Source: Octopus sinensis (taxonomy: Eukaryota). Taken from it: 17,820 nt of DNA. Positions 10,456-17,820 of the stretch are shown piece by piece. The position numbers and the translations under genes were made by a program. Under the pieces are notes generated by a model that saw nothing but the letters and a program-made list of their open reading frames with translations, did not search any database and was not told the DNA's origin. Where the stretch lies: NCBI RefSeq assembly GCF_006345805.1, contig NW_021824738.1:1-17820 (forward strand). Reading direction: 5' to 3'. The number at the start of each line of letters is the position of its first letter. Position 1 is the first letter of the stretch.

Positions 10456-10501
10456 AAAACTGTTACTCAGAGTTTCACGTTCCCATTCGTCGGAGAGTTT
10501 T
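10456..10501 (-). ncRNA. Type I minimal hammerhead-ribozyme-like motif in the PLE 5' region
   Basis: The minus strand reads AAAACTCT-CCGACGA-ATG GGAA CGT-GAAA-CTC T GAG-TA-ACAGTTTT. Stem I has 7/8 pairs, stem II is 3 bp with a GNRA loop, stem III is near-palindromic, and the cleavage triplet is GUA. The core has U4 changed to C relative to CUGANGA. Confidence 0.7.
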
Positions 10502-11019
10502 CGTTTAGAATGGAGCAAAAATAAGGATATATTTATATGCATAAATATTCAATTTCATGGATAGATACACATTTGAAATTGCTTTTGTATCACTGGTCCT
10601 TTTCAACTAAAGGTCTGCTCAATAACTGATTATATGAAATTAAAAAATTACAATTTAAAATCGTATTATTTAAAGTCGAAGAAAACCTTAATCAAAACTT
10701 AGCTTTAGTAGAAGGAGAAAATTTTGTATAGACAGGGTAAATTTATTAAAGGGTAAAATAAATTCAAATTAGAATATATGTCTGTTTGAAATAATAACAT
10801 TTACAAAGAACTAACCTCATAAAAATACATATACATTAATAATACTTACACATACTAAAATAACCGAAACTTACAAACATACAAATGTTGGTACATGCCT
10901 ACACACATATACAAACAAAAACAGGTAAAACATAAATATATATGCTAATTGCATACATAGCTATCGGCATACATAGGTATCCACGTCTGTATTTCTAAAT
11001 ATAGGACTTAGTTGTTAGA

Positions 11020-11150
11020 AACTAGAGAAAGAAAACGGAAAGAAAATCAGAGAATAATATGTGGTGGGAGAAAGAAAAAGAAAGAGAAAAAGAAGTGGTG
11101 AAAGAAAGAAAAAGAAAGAGAAAAATAGATTGACAGATAGAAAGAGAGAG
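11020..11150. repeat. Purine-rich (AAAG/GA) low-complexity tract
   Basis: Directly visible. Confidence 0.7.
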
Positions 11151-11844
11151 AAAGCTGGCAAACACACACATATAAAAAGACATTCATATGTACATATATA
11201 CATACATACATGCAACACGCATACAAATATACAAATACACATATGCGTAAAAATATATATCAACATACATATATGCACAGCAAGATACATATACATATAT
11301 ACACCATGACGTATATACGCATACAGATATATTTAAAAACTGTCTGGTGTATAGAATATTAAAATTTTAAAAATATACAATAAATAAGACTATTGAAAAG
11401 GTTGCAAGATGCAACGAAAATTTTAGGAAAATAAAAATAAGAAAAAAGTGGAAATTTTACTGGTGAGTGTGTTACATTATAAGGCAGAAAAAGAAAATGA
11501 CTCTCCCCAGACACAACAGAATATAATGAAAAGTAATATAAATATCACTGTTTTCGACACATGACTCCGGTGCAAATAATAAAATCTCGTTGGTAGTTAC
11601 GATTGTGTGCCCAAAGTAGACATTCTTTATTAACAGAGAATTCCGTATATTTTTAGCCTTTAATAAGCATAAATGCAGTATTCACTTGGTATGAAAAGAT
11701 TATTTAAGTTAATATATTATCTTTTATTCTCTTTTCGAAGTGTGTAGAAATTTATCAGGTGAAATTTCGTGCTTGTTGCCAAATAGTAAAACTTCTTTGC
11801 CTTTATGGTGGTGAGTACAATTTGAAACTATGTGCCATATAAAA

Positions 11845-11848
<4 letters not shown>

Positions 11849-11882
<34 letters not shown>

Positions 11883-11885
11883 TGT
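11849..11885. repeat. (TG)n microsatellite
   Basis: Directly visible. Confidence 0.95.
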
Positions 11886-12408
11886 ATACACTTAAATATG
11901 TCTCTATCTCTCTACATGCGTGTATAGCTATATGAACGAGTGAATATATTTTTGAATGTGATATGTTTAAGAGTGTCATTCTATTCTACTGTAGGAAGAC
12001 TGGCGACACTTCATACTCACTTAACTCTTTGATATGCTGTCTAACCCGTACGGCTTACTCAAATAGCCCCTTTTAAATTCATTTTTTGTATTATATGACC
12101 ATACATAATCCTTGACCACCGGACAGGATTATACACTAAGACACCAATCCGATTATACGCAGTTTTGAAATAGTTGCTCTGTGTATTTTATCTACTTCCT
12201 CTACCAATTCTCTTCTACTCTCTCCAAATTTCACTTGTTTCACAATGATCGTTGGTGAACTGCACACATCCAAATTCTGCCTTACCTGTCTATATGCTTC
12301 AAATTTACCTGAAGTTGGCAGCTTTCCATGGCGTATTCTCAGAATGCGTCAATAAATTGCTACCGAGACAGCTTTTATGTATTTTGAATCGCACTTTCGT
12401 TCTTTATA

Positions 12409-12428
12409 CATATACATACGTAAATACA

Positions 12429-12464
<36 letters not shown>

Positions 12465-12480
12465 TATATATGTGTGTGTG

Positions 12481-12543
<63 letters not shown>
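12409..12543. repeat. Compound (TACA)n(TA)n(TG)n microsatellite
   Basis: Directly visible. Confidence 0.96.
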
Positions 12544-12546
<3 letters not shown>

Positions 12547-13532
12547 ATACAATATTATTAAAATTGATAATGCTATTTTCGAAAATATATGTTAATACCT
12601 TATTAAGGTAATCCAAATTGGTGAAATTCTAACTGAACATCTTAAAAACATTTGTATTTAATAAACGCTAACGAAGAGAGTAACCTAAATCAAATTCTAA
12701 TTAAGACATTCATTGATTCAACCATTAGTGATGCCATTGCATAACTTATTTGGTTAATCAAAATAAAAATAGGAATATAAATAAGAATAAATATAAAGCG
12801 AAAAATAAAAAATAAACGTCTTTAAGAAAAGTCCTTCAATTATTGGAGACTGAAGCTACCAATGATGAAATCCAAATAAAAGATTTTTAAAAAGCATCAT
12901 AGTAATTCTATATTTTGACAATTTGAAATCTACATTGGAAAATAACCTGAAAAAAATTACCTAAAAATGAGTATTTTTATAGACAAATATAGATGGCATC
13001 GCTGGATAATTAGAGAACAGAAACTCCAGAAAAGAATTCTACGTTACATTAAACAGAAACTTAGATACTTTACGTCGCAATAATTAATGATTTCTTTATT
13101 ATATCAAATGCTTTTATGTAAATTAATCTTATGATATAATAATTAAAACATTATTATAGTTAATAATATATAAAACTACTGATGACTTTGCTGGATGACT
13201 ATAAATGAAGATATCAGATGAGAATTCCACGTTATGATTAATATAAGATTAATTACTTTACGACAGATTATTAATTATCTATTTATTCATTATATTAAAC
13301 CCTTTTATAGGAATTAATATTATTATATAACTATTAAAAGATTATTATAATGAAGAATTGAAATATTTGAATGTATTTCTAAATTTTTGGAAATAGCTTA
13401 AAGTACCCATTAAAATTAAATAACATTAATTTAGACGTAATTATATAATACATTTCTTCGAGGCAATATATATACACACACACACACGTACACATACATA
13501 CATACATATTAATATATAGATACATACATATT

Positions 13533-13882
13533 GGCAGGAATGCCTGTGTGGTGAGAAGAATGCTTCCCAAAATCATGCGTGGCACCTTGGGCAAGTGTCT
13601 TCTACTATAGCCTGAGGCTGAACAAATCCTTGAATGGATTGGGTAGATAAAACTGAAAACACATGTCGTATATTTATGTATAAATAGCTGTATGCGTGCG
13701 TTATTGTGTCGTTGTTTATCCGCTACCACTTGAGAAGCGGTTCGTCAAAAGATACCGACAGAATACGTACTTGGCTTCAGAAATAAGACCTATGGTCGAT
13801 TTGTGCAAGAAAGAAACAGAAATACCTTCAATGCGACACTCCGGCAAAGCCACAGTTAAATTACTGAAACATGTAAATAAAT
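13533..13882 (+). mobile_element. Degenerate tRNA-derived CORE-like SINE with the B-box region deleted
   Basis: The head GGCAGGAATGCCTGTGTGG is followed by GCGTGGCACCTTGGGCAAGTGTCTTCTACTATAGCC (CORE-like CCTTGGGCAAGT). The body GCGGTTCGTCAAAAGATACCGACAGAATACGTACT...GGTCGATTTG and the tail ACTGAAACATGTAAA are collinear with the 15544 copy. Confidence 0.86.
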
Positions 13883-13893
13883 ACAATAATAGG

Positions 13894-13926
<33 letters not shown>

Positions 13927-14099
13927 CGTGCGTATTATTTATTCACACACGTCAGGTGCTCAAACGCAAACCTGAAGATGGACGAGCTTATACTGTATTC
14001 TACTACATTCTTAAGATATACTATAACTGTATATATACACACACACCACATATATGTCTTTGAATTTGTGTGGTATGTATACATTATTTATATGCGTGT

Positions 14100-14162
14100 G
14101 AGTGTGATATATATATATATATATTAATAATATATATTATAGTATATATATAATATATATAT
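14100..14162. repeat. (TA)n low-complexity tract
   Basis: Directly visible. Confidence 0.9.
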
Positions 14163-14453
14163 GCCTTCTTTTGCTGGGCCTCAATCTCATTTCCGGACCC
14201 GTGATAAAAGAACCTCCACTAGGTACTCTGTCTATCTATCTGGCCAATGAGGTAAATCCGAGGTGTGGTTATTGCTAGTTGAAAACTATCTGTGCATACC
14301 TGTCAATGCGATGGTCCAAAGCAGATAGGCAATAACAATGTGGGTGTCTTTTTAAAACATTTTCTGGTATAAAAAGCCACATCAGACGCCATGAGGAGAC
14401 CTAATGTGTAGGTACAAGAGCTGGTCAAACACTGAATAAGGAGTAGACAATCA

Positions 14454-14458
<5 letters not shown>

Positions 14459-14499
<41 letters not shown>

Positions 14500-14528
14500 C
14501 GATATGTATATCTATATCTATATCTACA

Positions 14529-14608
<80 letters not shown>

Positions 14609-14625
14609 AATATATATATATATAA
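14459..14625. repeat. Compound (TA)n(TC)n(TA)n microsatellite
   Basis: Directly visible. Confidence 0.96.
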
Positions 14626-14814
14626 ACACACCCACACTTGTATATAAATGTACACATACATAATTTCAAAGAGGACAGCCAGTGTTGCCCACTCCTTGCA
14701 AATAGTTTTTAATTCCTAGAAATTCTGTTCCTCGCACTTATCTTGTACGCTATATGAACATTACATTATACACTTGGTAATTTATCTTTCATGCAGGAAA
14801 TCAACATATTCCCT

Positions 14815-15009
14815 TTGTTTTAAAATCCACTACGGTCATTATGATCCTGTTATGTTATTCTTGAGAAGTTGTCTTTCACGTAAGAAAAGCATCTCTTTGA
14901 ATGACAGCCCAGAGTCTAATACGTCGTACTACAGACATAGTGTATTCAGTAACCCCAGCAGCCTAATTCCCTCCTCATTGCGGGAACCGTGACCATAGCC
15001 TCCATGTTG
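14815..15009 (-). mobile_element. Fragment of an RTE-like LINE AP-endonuclease domain
   Basis: The minus strand from 15009 reads QHGGYGHGSRNEEGIRLL, matching the APE motif HGG(Y/F)G.G.RN.EG..LL. More decayed downstream segments read LRERQLLKN and VVDFK. Confidence 0.72.
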
Positions 15010-15543
15010 ATTATTTTTGTATTAATAATTTTTTATTCTTCTATTAAAAATTTTTTTGATTATTTTTCTATTAATAATTTTTGGGATTATTTTTCTATTA
15101 TAATGTTTTGTATTATTTTTTTATTAAATTTTTTTTAATCATTTTTCTACTGATAATTTTTTTCATTATTCTTCTCTTAATAATTTTTTGATTATTTTTC
15201 AATTAATAATTTTTCATTTTTCTTCTATTATAATTTTTGAATTATTTTTCTATTAATAATTTTTTGGATTACTTTTCTATTAAAATTTTTTTTATTTATT
15301 TTTCTATTGATAATATTTTGTATTTTTTCTATTAAAAATTTTAATATTATTTTTCTATAATAATTTTTTCTATTATTATCTACTTATAATTGTTTTGATT
15401 ATTTTTCTATTACAATTTTTTTATCATTTTTCTATTAATAATTTTTTAGATTATTTTTCTATAAAATTTTTTTGATTACCTTTTTAATGATAATTTTTTA
15501 AATTATTTTTCTATTAATATATATATTTTTTTTTTTTATTAAT

Positions 15544-15706
15544 GCGTAGGAGTGGCTGTGTGGTAAGTAGTTTGTTTACCAACCACATGGTTCCGGTTCA
15601 GTCCCACTGCGTGGCACTTTTGGCAAGTGTCTTCTACTATAGCTTCGGGCCGACCAAAGCCTTGTAAGTAGATTTGGTAGGCGGAAACTGAAAGAAGCCC
15701 GTCGTA

Positions 15707-15763
<57 letters not shown>

Positions 15764-15997
15764 ATGTATGTGTGTGTATATGTTTGTGTGTCTGCGTTTG
15801 TCCCCACCCCCCAACATCGGTTGACAACCGATGCTGGTGTGTTTATGTCCCCGTAACTTATCGGTTCGGCAAAAGAGACCGATAGAATAAGTACTAGGCT
15901 TACAAAGAATAAGTCCTGGGGTCGATTTGCCAGCATGGCCACAGTCACATGACTGAAACAAGTAAAAAAGTAAAAAGTAAGTAAGTAAAGTAAGTAA
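15544..15997 (+). mobile_element. Well-preserved full-length tRNA-derived SINE (CORE-like, octopod type)
   Basis: A-box-like TGGCTGTGTGG, B-box-like GGTTCAGTCCC and CORE-like GGCACTTTTGGCAAGTGTCTTC are present. These are followed by an internal TA/TG microsatellite, a conserved body and a (GTAA/GTAAAAA)n tail. The minisatellite register resumes on both sides. Confidence 0.92.
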
Positions 15998-16113
15998 TTG
16001 TTTTGATTATTTTTCTATTAATACTTTTTTAGATTATTTTTTTATTAATAATCTTTCTGGTTATTTTTTTATCAATAATTTTTTTGTTTATTTTTCTATT
16101 AATAGTTTTTTTG

Positions 16114-16357
16114 ATTGCAGCGTGGAAGGTGTTTATAAGCCATTTAAGAAACACACAAAAACCGTTAGATTCACTTCAACATTTAAATTCAATTTGTCAA
16201 AATATTTTCGTCGCTTTCAGACGGAATTTTGTCAGTGAACAGGTCGCGGTCTGAAAGCGACGAAAATATTTTGACAAATTAAATTTAAATGTTGAAATGA
16301 ATCTAACAGTTTTATCGTGTTTCTTAAATGGCTTATAAACACCTTCCACGCTGCAAT
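16114..16357. repeat. Near-perfect palindrome (foldback): 109-bp arms, 26-bp spacer
   Basis: 16114-16222 versus the reverse complement of 16249-16357 gives 103/109 identical positions with no gaps (hand alignment). The spacer is GGAATTTTGTCAGTGAACAGGTCGCG. Confidence 0.95.
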
Positions 16358-17413
16358 TGTTTTCGTTCCAGCACACAATCTCAGATCAGGTCACTTGCTA
16401 TGCAAGTATATCTCCGTAATTTTTTGATTATTCTTCTATGAACATTTTTATTATTATTTTTGTGTTAATAACTTTTTAGATTATCTTTCTATTAAAAATG
16501 TTTTAGATCATTTTTCCATTAAAAATTTTTTTATGAATTTTCTATTAATAATTTTTTTGATTATTTTTCTATTAAAATGTGTTGATTATCTTTCTATTAA
16601 TAATTTTTTAGATTATTTTTCTTTCATGATTTTTTTGATTTATATTTCTATTAATAATTTTTCTGAATATTTTTCTATTAAAATTTTTTATTATTCTTTT
16701 ATTTATAATTTTTTTCTTTATTCTTCTATTAATAATTTTTAAATATATTTTTCAAATAAAAATCTTTTGATTATTTTTCTGTTAAGAATTTTTTTGATTA
16801 ATTTATTATTAATATAGTTTTTTGATTAATTTACTATTAATATAGTTTTTTGATTATTATTATTAATAATTTTTTGGATTATTTTTCTATTAATAATTTT
16901 TTAGATTATTTTCTATTAAAATTTTTATTATTTTATTTTAATATTATTTTGATTATTTTTCTATTAACAAGTTTTGATTATTTTTCTATTAATAATTTTT
17001 TTGATTATTTTTCTATTAATAATTTTTTTGATTATTTTTCTATTAATAATATTTTTGAATATTTTCCTGCTAATAATTTTTTAACCATTACTAAACTTTT
17101 ATATCAATTACGCAATACTCCAGAACAGAATTGCTATACTTCATAATTTCTATGTCTAATTTTTCTATCTGGTATATTCTACATAACTTTTCATTAACTG
17201 TTCTGATAAATCATCAACTATATAGTAATACTAGATACACCATTATATTAAAATTCCTTCTGCATATATTTAATTTTCCACCACACACATATATATACAT
17301 ATATATCTATATACTTGAAATTTACAAAACAAAAATAAACAAAACAAAAGACGAAAACGGGTGTGTAAACAACAAACAAATCTATTAGTTTAATGCTCGG
17401 GAAGCGAGAAAGT

Positions 17414-17449
17414 CTTTTACGTTTCGAGCCTACGCTCTTCGACAGAAAG
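17414..17449 (-). ncRNA. Minimal type I hammerhead-like motif with variant core
   Basis: The minus strand reads CTTT-CTGTCGA-A-GAGC GTAG GCTC-GAAAC-GTA-AAAG. Stem I is 4 bp, stem II is 4 bp with a tetraloop, stem III is the palindromic AC/GT, and the triplet is GUA. The core has A6 changed to U. Confidence 0.55.
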
Positions 17450-17532
17450 GAACACAGAAAGAAACAGAGAGAGAAAATAATTAAAAAAATGTTTAGTGGC
17501 TAGCGATCAATCATGGCGAATGCCGGACCGAA

Positions 17533-17820
17533 TATGTGTGTGTATGTGTGTATGTATGTGTGTGTGTATGTGTGTATGTATGTGTGTGTGCGTGTGTGCG
17601 TATTCCTTTATATGAATATCTTTCTATATTATTTAATTTTATTTTTTCCAGAATATTTTCTAATAATAGTATTATACCTATAAATCTGGATATATATATA
17701 TATTTTTATATATATTCTTAATTATATAAATACTCTTATTTTTTATATATATGGTGTGTTTGTGTGAATGCATGTATATGTGTATATGTATATGCGTATA
17801 TCCTTATGAAATTAATTAGT
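17533..17820. repeat. (TG)n/(TATG)n/(TA)n microsatellites and AT-rich low complexity
   Basis: Directly visible. Confidence 0.85.

Larger units (their letters stand above)
15010..17090. repeat. AT-rich minisatellite, unit of about 26-27 bp (GATTATTTTTCTATTAATAATTTTTT), interrupted by a SINE and a foldback element
   Basis: The unit is repeated with degeneracy in three blocks: 15010-15540, 15998-16113 and 16418-17090 (about 1.3 kb, roughly 45-50 units). Confidence 0.93.

Noticed and set aside
13186-13230. CTGATGA as another hammerhead core
   Set aside because: There is no stem II/GAAA or cleavage triplet downstream.
15544-15615. tRNA gene
   Set aside because: The A/B boxes belong to a SINE head; there is no cloverleaf, and the SINE body and tail follow directly.
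15010-17090. Minisatellite as a CRISPR array, or ORFs 16533-16742 and 16850-17146 as membrane proteins
   Set aside because: The units are tandem with no unique spacers and no cas genes are present; the ORFs are repeat translations.

Overview
AT-rich, microsatellite-laden eukaryotic non-coding DNA, most likely octopus/cephalopod. That assignment comes from my recollection of octopod SINE sequences, not from a search. I cannot support any host protein-coding gene, rRNA, tRNA or CRISPR array. Recognisable content is layered transposon relics. These are an R4/Dong-type RLE retrotransposon (496-1850, +), two RTE-like LINE fragments (5070-5360 and 14815-15009, -) and several tRNA-derived SINEs. There is also a Penelope-like element (8130-10284, -) interrupted in its N-terminal Tyr codon by a Tc2/pogo-like MITE with a TA duplication. 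Two long foldback inverted repeats (4155-4738 and 16114-16357) and an AT-rich minisatellite of about 26-27 bp units complete the picture. The most interesting signals are hammerhead-ribozyme-like motifs with non-canonical cores: CCGACGA about 180 nt upstream of the Penelope ORF, CUGUCGA at 17414-17449, and a decayed copy at 3367-3398. I see no convincing new multi-gene system.
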